64,000 nt of DNA from Candidatus Levybacteria bacterium RIFCSPHIGHO2_01_FULL_37_17 (GTDB lineage: Bacteria > Patescibacteriota > Microgenomatia > Levybacterales > UBA12049), in the NCBI GenBank assembly GCA_001782035.1, contig MFNL01000004.1, positions 9,290 through 73,289 of the forward strand. The letters are read 5' to 3'. Of the stretch, positions 9,601 to 17,736 are shown piece by piece. Position numbers and translations under genes: made by a program. The notes under the pieces were generated by a model that saw only the letters and a list, made by a program, of their open reading frames with translations, did not search any database and was not told the origin of the DNA. The first letter of the stretch is position 1; each line of letters begins with the position of its first letter.

Positions 9601-11349
9601 ATTAACTAAAGGCTTCTGTAAGTCTATTTTTCCCAACCCATCGGGAACAACTTGTACGTTTGAGCCTGTTCCAGTATTCGTAGTAAGCAAAAGAGGCTGA
9701 CCCGAAAGTTTAAATGTGCCTCCACTTGCGGTAAAAGTTGGATTAGCAGAGCCTCCGATTGTTAAATTACCGCTTGAATCAAGTGCTAAAACTACGTCAC
9801 TCGTACCTGCACCTGCAGCAGTTGACGGCGGGAGTCCCTGCAAAGTTTCCGAATTTGCAGCATACGCAACGGTTGCTAACTGCTGGCGTGGGGTTAGTTC
9901 GTCTGTTGATTCAATTGTCACACCCAAATAAAGCGCAGCGTTTTCGCTAAACAGGGTAGAGGGAATTGAGGTAACATTTCCTAGAATGTTGTTAAAAATT
10001 CCGTCCGTGTCGGGATTTGCCCTGTCAACTTCCTGCCACAAAAGGGCAGAGCCTGAAGCTGTTATATCGTTGTAAATTGCATAACGAATTAAAGTGCTAG
10101 AGGTAATTGGATTATCGTTTATATCTGTTAACCTACCTTGAAAGGACAAGATTCTGGGAGGAGCAGTAGGTAGGGCTGCGAATGTTGGCTGAGACTGGGG
10201 TTTTGCAAAAAATGCATTATATAAACCAAAACCCACAACCGCTAAAAAGATAATTAAAACCGCAAAATTAAAGTAATGAGCAATTGCATAAGAATGATAT
10301 CTTATGTACCACTTTGGTCTTGTATATCGAGCGTGAAAAATAAGCTTTTGAATTAGGCTCATTTGCTTTGTAGATACTGCAAATGGAGCATAAAGCTTCT
10401 TAGATATATTTTTTATACCTAGCAAATCCCTTGGAGTAATGTTTTTAATGGCAACTGTAGCCTCGCTTTTTTTAAAAACAGGCTGGCCTCTTAGTTTCCA
10501 TAAAGCCTCGATTCCCTTAGACGCAAATGAGGCAAGGGGTGCAGTTAAGATTGCGTCGAAAGTAAGTGAGCCTGCTCTGGCAAGTTTTTGAGCCAGCCTT
10601 AAGGGAGGGAAAGCCGAGTAGCCTTTATGGCTAATGGCTAAGGGTTTATGGCTAAGGGTTTCGGGAATATTTAGAGGCTGTTTTGCTTTGGAAATATTTT
10701 CAACCGAATAATCTCTGCTTACAGTTATTCCTTCTTGGTTCGCCCAGGCTAGATAGCGGCGAAGCGAAGACAATTTTCGATTGACAGTAGCCGGCGAAAA
10801 GCCTACCTCTTGCGTTAGTCTTTTCTTATATTCGTTAATCAACTCCGTATTTAAGGTTGCAAGTATTTCCTCGCTCGTACTGGTATTTAGCACTTGTTTA
10901 GCCCAAGCAATAAATTGTTTAACGTCAATGATATAGTTTTTTATAGTAAGATGTGATGATTTATCTTCAAAGAGGAAGTTTTTAAAATCTTTTAGGCTAA
11001 ACGGATCCTTCTTCGCCAAGGCTTCGGCGGATTCGGTCTTTTGCTGTTCGAATATATTAACTTGAATGATGTCCTCATCTTTGAGGAACTTAAAGAATTT
11101 TCGCAAGCTCGAAACATGCCTTTCCATTGAACTTGCAGATAAACTCTCCGCACTTTCATTCCTGTATGCCTGGATAAATTCAAAGTTAATAGAGTTAGGG
11201 GAAAATGTTCTTCCGGTTTTAGTTTCAAACCAGCGGATGAAATGCGATATATCAGAGATATAATTTTTAACCGTAATCTTAGAAGGAGTTTGTGGTTGTG
11301 AAAAAAGATAGTCTTTAAATCGCGTAAGTATAATAGGCAGGTTATTCAT
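3658..11349 (-). CDS. Giant membrane-anchored fibre protein: two integrase SAM-like (core-binding) domains + TM + tail-fibre-like repeats + peptidase S74 chaperone domain
   Basis: 2563-aa ORF. N-terminal 'SKITVKNYISDISHF...SASSMERHVSSLRKFFKFL' and 'SHLTIKNYIIDVKQF...SPATVNRKLSSLRRYLAW'; TM near aa 360-380; GNVGIG repeats; 'SSDARLKKDI...GFIAQEL...IDYGRITPLIVKGVQ' near aa 2000-2085. Confidence 0.8.
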   Translation of the reverse strand: MNNLPIILTRFKDYLFSQPQTPSKITVKNYISDISHFIRWFETKTGRTFSPNSINFEFIQAYRNESAESLSASSMERHVSSLRKFFKFLKDEDIIQVNIFEQQKTESAEALAKKDPFSLKDFKNFLFEDKSSHLTIKNYIIDVKQFIAWAKQVLNTSTSEEILATLNTELINEYKKRLTQEVGFSPATVNRKLSSLRRYLAWANQEGITVSRDYSVENISKAKQPLNIPETLSHKPLAISHKGYSAFPPLRLAQKLARAGSLTFDAILTAPLASFASKGIEALWKLRGQPVFKKSEATVAIKNITPRDLLGIKNISKKLYAPFAVSTKQMSLIQKLIFHARYTRPKWYIRYHSYAIAHYFNFAVLIIFLAVVGFGLYNAFFAKPQSQPTFAALPTAPPRILSFQGRLTDINDNPITSSTLIRYAIYNDITASGSALLWQEVDRANPDTDGIFNNILGNVTSIPSTLFSENAALYLGVTIESTDELTPRQQLATVAYAANSETLQGLPPSTAAGAGTSDVVLALDSSGNLTIGGSANPTFTASGGTFKLSGQPLLLTTNTGTGSNVQVVPDGLGKIDLQKPLVNNSNSGNISTVPGSVQINDEFSVLATSSGRSAFTINQDSTGPIISASASGIAQFTIDNSGNETLAGDSTLQGTTGLTLSGADSDLTFTATGNHDISASGGTLRLGALTLTGAVTGNNQSVTGLNNLSAGGTITFSGFNANNNVLYATVSTGVLTGANTNTAGQCLLSGASAPSWSSCPAGTPSNELYWNQTDGALYPNNSTVDLLIGGQSTTSAKFAVLNVNSGTTTATVSGNLVVYPNAGTGGNLTVGTASPTDRVTIAGGGLAFTDDGKGVNFYGGIYLIKAIGGNLQTNGTFQGTTLNGTTGINTGGSGGTQRIDSSGNLLNIGTITASSTITFSTFTSNGGPLYTNGSGQLAQVTAGTTTQCLLGGTTPSFGSCATGQSLDFFWNQTNGALYPNNSTVDLLIGGQATTSAKFAFTGLSNLSNQTQASISGQLIIMPNNGYSGKVGIGTTTPSQLLDVANGQVVVSGSLTTTGSNVGIISVTSTITNSNDAASVRLRNTFNGAGNIPAGIDVAPTFAPSSSIALARGGLLAAFFAPPSSVTITDAIAGDFANVYSAVSGAVTNGTTARIGSPVALGSLKPTTQYGVLVNNQGLSGTTTSYGLYIDSQSGSSTNYSAIFAGGNVGIGDSSPASLFTVGDGDDFQINSTGAITAATGITSSGTITFSAFTSNGGPLYTNGSGVLAQTTAGTSSQCLLGGTSPAFGYCGTGVTTDEFWNQTSGALYTNNSTVDFLFGAQATSSATFRLIGAGGKFQGTNPVASISAHTSFAALVVDNDKTGDLITASNSGVARFVVKGQGNVGIGHSNPISQLYVTRPLLAGATGKALAIFDQIENQDIIAASKSGITQFRIDSSGNTYSSQYYDINDSTYFLDPAGGTSLITSGVFQIAGSTAVAYNRIGTATAGGANVGASNDLLVSDALEVDGLIYADGGIDTTFTAGSVVFAGTSGVLAEDNSNIFYNDSSNLFGLGTATPISVLHATRPLSVQVTGKALAIFDQLENQDLLTASSSGTTKFKIENGGSVDIFSSATDDSIFRVAANSTANYIQSGSALTSGSAKDLYFSSIFGATVWAQIKSDGLFVIGNISTDGDIATTAEELYVEGDIETNANLRVDGTGGITVAGAATTGLNFTNTGVTTDINLQNGETIDNNTNGFIKFTGKAIFDNNGGTVDAVTAGASDVHIGSQIASAGTAGEVSRLTLQPYGWLDGPFHLVARDTASSAFIDWRYDATNLLTIEYNGNVGIGDTSPAALFTVGNGDDFQVSSTGNISSNATGTAFTLSGAATTAISISNTGVTTDINLQNGETIDNNTNGTISFTATTGAFSGALTVDGGAIFNATVDSATDVDISYNRSSSACASCWVLAVENTNTNANQNVMLIQAGVADSTANTWFVAFRDSDEVNQGNIEGCAGNCTFFETSSDARLKKDIVNTHFTIDDLMKIKVRDFTWISDESRVTGFIAQELYEAYEFAVSPGTNGDDFKSNPWGIDYGRITPLIVKGVQDQQLQIEGQKTKMVNIEADLAISNSGNLSIIEQNPDQFIVKESGRNITRIAGLAEAFIGNIRSGIINTRNIVVTGSANIGSITTSSLNVTADSVTIAGQSLRNYIARVVNETITQQQLISPIASSEQISTNLLNPLAKNPDAKIAIKLNDNKGESKLEIQNASGSAVASIDSSGNISANNATLSGTLRAQRIIADQIEGLNIQTATLSANYVTNNYYTASQAATSEPFPTLSASSSGTSNYELASSNYINIATFSSQLAYVDNLNSQTAVFSQGLTTYGITTLSDTSIVGQLAINGTLILAENSINILGSDLNLQPLRQGGISIMAGLIYIDPNGDAKFGSDVTVEGTLYANNIGIKNSELRIQNETDEVLKVDSLGNLVASGAGTFSKLNLSIAQQALAAGNEVLATGSAGTITLKANKSEITVKNTLVTENSLIYVTPVSQTLGQSLYLLRQLPQESFTVGISVPVPIDVKFNFLIIN

Positions 11350-11403
11350 ATTTTGAGACTAATTTCCGAAATAAAAATTCCAAATTAGCACTCCAGGCAC
11401 GAA

Positions 11404-11430
11404 ATTATACGGATTATACGGTTTATACAA
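11404..11430. repeat. Tandem 9-bp direct repeats upstream of the giant gene
   Basis: attatacgg attatacgg tttatacaa, about 55 bp upstream of the 11349 start codon, inside an AT-rich intergenic region. Confidence 0.55.
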
Positions 11431-11924
11431 AGGTTCATGTTTATTCTGATACATACTATATAGAATAGAAAATTTATGTGAAAATTGTCAATATCCTAGA
11501 GTATAGTGCAAAATTAATATTGATATATTAAGATCTAGTCATTTAAATCCAATTTTTTTTGTGAAAATGGCCATATTTAGTGTTTTAACGCATTAAAACA
11601 TACTACGAAAAAAATTAGAATATATAACACAGTGTCAATTAATATATAAAAGTATAACACGACTTTACTTATCATTTGAGTCCTAGAATATAATATTAAG
11701 GCAATTTAAAATTATAATTTCCCCAATTAATATTCAAATTTTTATTTTATTTCTTACTCATATTTATATTAGCGAACCATAAGCGCGGGTGATAACTCTT
11801 TTAAAAGCCATTTGCGGATTGATAATTCAACCTAAATTATTTTTTTACAGTTTTATACTTTTTTCAATCTGATTTCACGTATTAAAATTTGTTTTTTTTA
11901 CAATGTGCAGATACAATTTAGCTA

Positions 11925-12782
11925 ATGCCCAAAAATAGGTTAAAAGTTTTTAAAGTTCATAAAGTTATAAAGTTTGCGCTGGTACTTTTAACTTTTTCCT
12001 TTCTACTTTATAACTTGCAAAGCTTTAGCTTAGCTCAGTATAAGTTGCCACAGGGAAACTTAAAGACCACAGTTTCAGGAGTTTTGGGTGACTTTTACCT
12101 TAATATCACGGGGTATATTGCTCCGTTCGCATCAATTGTTCTATACGATGGAAATAAAGTTTATCTTCGGGCAACTACAGCGGATGAAAAAGGCTATTTT
12201 AGAATATCAGAAGTTTTAATCAAGATGGGTTTTTCTAAATTTTGTTTTGATGCATATGATTTTAAACGCTTGGGGGAGTCATATTCATGCCAAACAATCT
12301 CACCGGCAACTGGCTCGGTTACTATTAACGATATTTTCTTGCCTCCTACGCTGGGGCTTTCCCGTACAACCATAGAAGCAGGAGGCTCAACTACAGCTTG
12401 GGGATATTCAATGCCTGGAGCAATTGTAACGCTTAATTTTGCAGGTAAAAACCTGACAACCAAGGCTGATCAAAGCGGCTTTTATCAGTTTGTACTTAAA
12501 AATATCGACGCCGGAATATACAAGTTATATGCCAAGGCGGAACTTAACGGCAAAAAGTCACTTGATCCGCAGAAGAAAGTCGAGTTAAAATCGCTATCCA
12601 AAGCAGATCAGGCTATAGCAGTTACAGAAGATTTACTGAAAAAAATCTGGGAGCTTTTAACCACTTACTGGTTTATTTGGATTGTAGTACCGGTTATTAT
12701 CCTAATTATTATACTTTTGTGGAGGCTCTCAAAAATGCACCGACATCACTATTTGCACCATCAATATTTTGTAGGATACTGA
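11925..12782 (+). CDS. Secreted, C-terminally membrane-anchored Ig-like/carboxypeptidase-regulatory-like protein
   Basis: Signal peptide, two beta-rich 'G...PGA.V.L...T.AD..G.F' units, C-terminal TM and His-rich tail. Confidence 0.6.
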   Translation: MPKNRLKVFKVHKVIKFALVLLTFSFLLYNLQSFSLAQYKLPQGNLKTTVSGVLGDFYLNITGYIAPFASIVLYDGNKVYLRATTADEKGYFRISEVLIKMGFSKFCFDAYDFKRLGESYSCQTISPATGSVTINDIFLPPTLGLSRTTIEAGGSTTAWGYSMPGAIVTLNFAGKNLTTKADQSGFYQFVLKNIDAGIYKLYAKAELNGKKSLDPQKKVELKSLSKADQAIAVTEDLLKKIWELLTTYWFIWIVVPVIILIIILLWRLSKMHRHHYLHHQYFVGY

Positions 12783-13754
12783 TTATTTTTCCGAGGCGTT
12801 TTCAGGCTCTTTTGTGGCCTCGCTTGAGCCTTTAGGACCGCTTTCTTGTCTCCTTTGGTAGTATTTCCAGCCTAATAATACCGCAACGGCTACAAGAATT
12901 ATTATAATTGTAACTTTCCACGGGAATACCCAGAAAGTAAGTGAGGCGACCAAAGGCAAATTATTATCTGTGCCATATGATGCAGCCAGTTTTGCGTTGT
13001 ACGGTCCAATCATAAACATGCTTCCGAAAGTATTTTCATAATCTCTAACCGTTTCCGGGAATATATTTCTTTGGTCAAGCTGCTGGCTTTCGTTAAAGAA
13101 AAGCCCGCTTACCGTAATGCTTCCTTTAGGCATAATATGAAGATCGGAAGCGTTTTTAATCTGTGTCAAAATTTTTATTGGGCCATACTCGGCAAGCATG
13201 TCGGTAAAAAACTTACTTACTTCTGCTTTTATAGTTACATCACCGGCAACTGTAATGTAGAAAAGCGAACCAAGCTGTGTATTAACCGTTCCCCCTGTTG
13301 CATCTTTTTTTTCTTGATTTATAGGCTCATATACCAAAGCGGCATAATGGCCTCCGGGTTTGGCATCGGCAGGAACCCTCAAATAGTAGCTGATTATTTG
13401 TGTTGCGCCGGGTTGTAGTGTAAATTCATTTGGAGTAGCAACAATCCATGATGCAGCCGAATATTTATTATTGAGAGTATTTGGAGCAAGAAGCTGGGGA
13501 GTTCCTTTGCTGTCGGATACAATATAATCTTGAACGCCGACTTTAAAAGTTAGCGCAATATTGCTTTCGTTTACAATTTTGGTTGTTCCCTCTGTGGACT
13601 GTCCGGGATTTAACTCGTGAGAAATATTTGGATTAATTAAAGTAATTGTTCGCTGCAGTTCTTGTGCAAAAGCTGTCCCTACTGTTAAAAAAACCAAAGC
13701 AAAAAGCGTGGTTGCAAGTACTCTTTTCTTAAATTTTAAGGGCAGATTTTTCAT
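12783..13754 (-). CDS. DUF916/DUF3324-like (WxL-partner) membrane-anchored protein
   Basis: Signal peptide, 'SAASWI...FTLQPG...VPADAKPGGHYAAL' motif, second Ig domain 'N.SDLHI.P.G', C-terminal TM. Confidence 0.65.
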   Translation of the reverse strand: MKNLPLKFKKRVLATTLFALVFLTVGTAFAQELQRTITLINPNISHELNPGQSTEGTTKIVNESNIALTFKVGVQDYIVSDSKGTPQLLAPNTLNNKYSAASWIVATPNEFTLQPGATQIISYYLRVPADAKPGGHYAALVYEPINQEKKDATGGTVNTQLGSLFYITVAGDVTIKAEVSKFFTDMLAEYGPIKILTQIKNASDLHIMPKGSITVSGLFFNESQQLDQRNIFPETVRDYENTFGSMFMIGPYNAKLAASYGTDNNLPLVASLTFWVFPWKVTIIIILVAVAVLLGWKYYQRRQESGPKGSSEATKEPENASEK

Positions 13755-13756
13755 TT

Positions 13757-15217
13757 TTAAAAGTTACCAGTTGCAACAAAAGTAAATACTGTTGAATAAA
13801 TTCCTGCAGGAGTGGTTGCTCCTACGGTTGCCGCATATTCTATTTCTGTCTTTCTTGCGCTAGCCGGTGCGCTATAGTTTGCTATATTGGCATAATATCC
13901 GTTAACGCCGGTGTTAAATGGATTTGAGTATTTTGCACCGCTTGAAAAATCTGTTGCAGCATTAGCCCATGTAGTAGCGTTGACATCTGCCCCGCAAGGA
14001 TGAATTCCAAAGTATGCGTTGCCTGTTGCAGGGAATATCGCAGGAGCAGGCGTATCAACTGCAGTTAAACCGCTACTGCTCATGTTATCTGTCAGGAAAA
14101 ATCCGCTTGAAGGGTTTATAAATCTTCCCGAAGATGTTGCAGTAATGGAGTATCCGAATGCGCCATTTGTTGATACAGAAAGTTCTTGTGCTGAAATATT
14201 AATTATTCCATTTGATAAGGAGCCTAAGTTTACAAAAGTCGATGTCGCATCAAGACCAGTCCCAGGGTTAGTTGTATCGCCTGCCGCGCAGGAACCATTT
14301 TGCGAGTTAATATTTGTACCGTTTGCAAGACCTGTTATTGTAAATGTTAGAGAAGGCTCAACAGTTCCTTGTACCTGAACTGCTTCAATTATTCCTATTT
14401 TTACGCTTGCCGTGTCTAAATCTACGTCGCTGGCATTCCTAGTTGTAACAGTTACTTTCCAGGTGCTAGCAGTTCCTGCTGTTATGCCTCCTTTAACAGG
14501 ATTGATAAGAGCAGGGGCATAAGTTGAGCAAATTCCGCTTGCGGAAACTGTTCCGGTGCATCCTATTGCCAAATAAACCGTCGTTGCGCCCGAAATCGCA
14601 GCGCCCGTTGTGACCGTAATAGATGGGGAAGATACCGAAACTCCTCCGGAGCATGCGGTTGTTGGATTGCACAAAACTGCGGAGCTGCCTAAATTGTTAA
14701 ACGCGAAAGTGGTTGCCGAAGGCGATGAAATATTGCTTGCAGAGCCTGGGAATGTCACTACTATTTTTCCGCCACTTGGAACAGATGAAACAGTCGTAAA
14801 TTTAATAATGTGAGTTGCGGTAATTGAGGTGTACATCGCGGTGCCAGCGTGGTGAGTATTTGTTACTTGTCCTGTGAAGAAAACAGTTCTTAGGTTTGAA
14901 GATGGCGTGTTGGCGGCTGACATAGACGCAACCGTTGCAGTCTCTAAAGTTTGTCCTGTGTCGTTTAGTAAAACTGCGCTATCAGATGCAATCCAGAGCG
15001 CAGAATTATAGACTGTGGTTGGCAAATCTATTACGGTTACTTGAGTTGCGTTTGCGGCCTGATCAGCAGATATAGGAGCCGAAGCAGAAGGGCGGGATGT
15101 AGTTAAAGTATCCGATACGTTAGAAAGAGTTGCGGCGTAGGTTTTAGCTGTTCCAAGTAATAAAAAAGCTAATAGAAATGTAAACAGCAAAGAAGCAAGT
15201 TTTTTGATAAATTCCAT
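13757..15217 (-). CDS. Secreted Ser/Thr-rich surface protein with WxL/pilin-like C-terminal domain
   Basis: Probable start MEFIKK at 15217 with purine-rich RBS; signal peptide; C-terminal 'VSTNGAFGYSITA...TPAGIYSTVFTFVATGNF'. Confidence 0.6.
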   Translation of the reverse strand: MEFIKKLASLLFTFLLAFLLLGTAKTYAATLSNVSDTLTTSRPSASAPISADQAANATQVTVIDLPTTVYNSALWIASDSAVLLNDTGQTLETATVASMSAANTPSSNLRTVFFTGQVTNTHHAGTAMYTSITATHIIKFTTVSSVPSGGKIVVTFPGSASNISSPSATTFAFNNLGSSAVLCNPTTACSGGVSVSSPSITVTTGAAISGATTVYLAIGCTGTVSASGICSTYAPALINPVKGGITAGTASTWKVTVTTRNASDVDLDTASVKIGIIEAVQVQGTVEPSLTFTITGLANGTNINSQNGSCAAGDTTNPGTGLDATSTFVNLGSLSNGIINISAQELSVSTNGAFGYSITATSSGRFINPSSGFFLTDNMSSSGLTAVDTPAPAIFPATGNAYFGIHPCGADVNATTWANAATDFSSGAKYSNPFNTGVNGYYANIANYSAPASARKTEIEYAATVGATTPAGIYSTVFTFVATGNF

Positions 15218-15265
15218 TTTAATCCCTACCTCTAATATGCAATCATAAAAGCATAAAGTCAAGAG

Positions 15266-16297
15266 TTAATTTATCTTATTTTTAACTCGAAGCACTATAA
15301 AAACAACAATTCCCAAAACTATTAAAATTACTGCTAAATAAGTTGCCGGGAATGCAAAAAAAGAAACAGATCGGCTGAATTTTTCCCCATTTTCACCAAA
15401 TGTCAGACTTAAGTTTGCTTTATAAGGGCCAATTAGAAATTTTTCAGGCCAAATTGCCACAGGATAATTGGAGCTCGTAATCGTTTTTTCTATTTCTTTA
15501 AACTCCGCTGAATCCACTTTTATCTGTGTTTCATCCGGTATTAATCTTTGTGATCCTGCCAAAACATTTACAGATAAAAGTTTTACTTTTCCAACTTTTT
15601 GTCCGAATAAATTTTCAATAATAATCTCACCATTTATTGGGACAAAATGATCACTTGCGTTTTCAACCTGAACGGTAAATGGAACCGGGCCACTGTCTAT
15701 AAATAAAGGGGAGCTGAATTTGTCAATAAAGCCTTTAGTTTCGCCTTTCGGACCAACTGAAAGCAGAACATTCATTGCAACGCCGGCTGATGCAAGAGAT
15801 GAATTTGAAATCGTATCGGGCTTTGGATTTGTGGCAAAGAAAACCGTAAAATAATAATCTCCTTTGGCTTCATTCGGTGGTATATTTACTTCGAAGTCAA
15901 ATTCTTTTTTCTGCTTTGGAGAAAGCGTAAATGATCTTATTGATATTCCTTTATCTTTAATTTTAATTCTGTTTATAAGAAGGGGGTCAGGGAAGCTTTC
16001 AAATGTATCTAAAATCTCAATTTGTCCGTTGTTTGAAGTTGAAGCCTTAAAGGCTTTAAGCTGAATAATAATATCAAGGCTCTGCTCTGTTGGATTTTCC
16101 AGGCTAAATTTGGATTTTACCTCGGCAGGTGAAGTTGCATCAATTTCCATAACAGGTGGGAAAATTCCCAAAGAAACACTTTGAGCGAAAGCGTTTCGAG
16201 TTGAAAGTTGAAAGTAAAAAGTTGAAAGTAAAAGAAATACGAAGATTTTAAACTTCAAACTATTAAAAATAACTTTAAAAACTTTATAACTTTTCAC
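15266..16297 (-). CDS. DUF916/DUF3324-like membrane-anchored protein (paralog of 12783..13754)
   Basis: Signal peptide, 'SLGIFPP', 'FTLSPKQ...IPPNEAKGDYY', 'IGPYKA', C-terminal TM. Confidence 0.65.
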   Translation of the reverse strand: MKSYKVFKVIFNSLKFKIFVFLLLSTFYFQLSTRNAFAQSVSLGIFPPVMEIDATSPAEVKSKFSLENPTEQSLDIIIQLKAFKASTSNNGQIEILDTFESFPDPLLINRIKIKDKGISIRSFTLSPKQKKEFDFEVNIPPNEAKGDYYFTVFFATNPKPDTISNSSLASAGVAMNVLLSVGPKGETKGFIDKFSSPLFIDSGPVPFTVQVENASDHFVPINGEIIIENLFGQKVGKVKLLSVNVLAGSQRLIPDETQIKVDSAEFKEIEKTITSSNYPVAIWPEKFLIGPYKANLSLTFGENGEKFSRSVSFFAFPATYLAVILIVLGIVVFIVLRVKNKIN

Positions 16298-16305
16298 TTT
16301 ATAAA

Positions 16306-17037
16306 CTAATAACTTGGTATTGCTATATAATTTACTATATTTCGATATAGTCCTGCGGGCTGAGTTCCTGAAATATTAACTTTATAGGTTATATCAGATT
16401 TTCTGTTTCGTCCTACATTTGTAGAACTCATTACTGCAACTGCGGAAGGCGAGGATATAAAAGATTTGTAATAAGTCGGATCCGAAAATCCGCTTACGCA
16501 GTCTGTGCCTGAAACGTTATCGCATCTATAACCAAATCCATAAGTTAAGGCACTTGTCCATGCGGCTGAAGTTGTTGGAGTGCACGTTCCGCCGTCGCAG
16601 GAAGTTGCCGGAATATCAAACCCGCTGGCATCCACTCTTAAATCGTGGTTTTGCGAAACCGTAACTTGGTAACCGTAAGCCGAGCCGTTTGAAACCGTTA
16701 GCTGGTTGGTTCGGCTAACTGGCGAAGTTGGTGAAATAACTCCAAAATCAACCAAGGTGCTAGAAATTGAAAATCTGAAGTAAATTATGCTTGATATATA
16801 CTGAAAGCCTGCGCGCACTTTATAGTTGGGTCCTGTAAAAAGATTATTCGGAGTCTGTCCGGATGTAAATTGTAATTGAAAACCTGAGCCCGTCGGTTTT
16901 CCCGCAATGCTATTTAAATTTCCCATTTGCAGGATGTAACTGTCGTTTTTGAGAGTTTGACCCCAAACCCTTGATACACCAAATAGCATTAAAGTAATAT
17001 ATAGCCATATTAAAATGATGAATAATAAGTATTTCAT
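16306..17037 (-). CDS. Secreted WxL/pilin-like protein
   Basis: Signal peptide; 'LTVSNGSAYGYQVTV' and C-terminal 'QPAGLYRNIVNYIAIPSY'; two Cys pairs. Confidence 0.6.
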   Translation of the reverse strand: MKYLLFIILIWLYITLMLFGVSRVWGQTLKNDSYILQMGNLNSIAGKPTGSGFQLQFTSGQTPNNLFTGPNYKVRAGFQYISSIIYFRFSISSTLVDFGVISPTSPVSRTNQLTVSNGSAYGYQVTVSQNHDLRVDASGFDIPATSCDGGTCTPTTSAAWTSALTYGFGYRCDNVSGTDCVSGFSDPTYYKSFISSPSAVAVMSSTNVGRNRKSDITYKVNISGTQPAGLYRNIVNYIAIPSY

Positions 17038-17681
17038 TTTTCTTGATTTTCCTTAGATTCTTCTCGCAAGTCTCCAGTTTCTTCAAGGATTTCGTTTAAC
17101 TTTTCCAAATCCTCTTCTTTAAGCATACCTTTTTCATCCTCAATTATCTCTTCTACGTCTTTTGAAATAGTATCTGCAGCTTCTTTTTCCCGTTCCTCTA
17201 TTGCGTTAACTTTTTCATCCTGCTGGTCGGATTTTTGATATTCACGGCCGAAAAAATAGGCAAGTGGCGACACCAGAGCAATAGATGCCACTTTTAAAAT
17301 ATTAGCAGTAAAATCTCCGGTGTTTAAATCCGGAATAAAAATTAGGATAGACCCTGCAATAAATATAAAAACTGTTAAAGGATCAAAGACGAATGCAATT
17401 CCAAAAGCAAGAAAATATATTATAAAAAATAAAGGGCTGTTTAGGCCTCCTGTTGCAAAAATAAGAAGGAAGACGAGCGTATTTAATATAAATATGCCAA
17501 AGTTGCCTTCCTGCCCAAGTTTTAGAAAGGTTTTACCTCGTCTTCTTGCAACAAGCAGTAGATATAAAGCTATGAAAAGCCCTAAAAGCTGGACCGTATA
17601 ATCCTTAAGTGGGGAGTTTTGCCAGATGTAAATAACGCCAAAAGAAAGCACAAGAGTTGCGCCTTGGACAGCAAGTTTCAT
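17034..17681 (-). CDS. Hypothetical membrane protein with acidic coiled-coil C-terminus
   Basis: About five TM segments including 'TGGLNSPLFF', then an E/K-rich helix. Confidence 0.6.
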   Translation of the reverse strand: MKLAVQGATLVLSFGVIYIWQNSPLKDYTVQLLGLFIALYLLLVARRRGKTFLKLGQEGNFGIFILNTLVFLLIFATGGLNSPLFFIIYFLAFGIAFVFDPLTVFIFIAGSILIFIPDLNTGDFTANILKVASIALVSPLAYFFGREYQKSDQQDEKVNAIEEREKEAADTISKDVEEIIEDEKGMLKEEDLEKLNEILEETGDLREESKENQEK

Positions 17682-17736
17682 ACTCTAATCGTATGTAATT
17701 TATGTCAAAACTTCAAGTTTATGTTATATTCTACTT

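Noticed and set aside
4856-11263. Numerous short + strand ORFs within the giant gene, and similar shadow ORFs elsewhere
   Set aside because: Antisense or out-of-frame shadows of clear genes, with no motifs of their own.
10700-11349. Giant ORF as a functional integrase or prophage marker
   Set aside because: No catalytic R-K-H-R-H/W-Y domain follows the core-binding domains, and there are no capsid, terminase or portal genes nearby.
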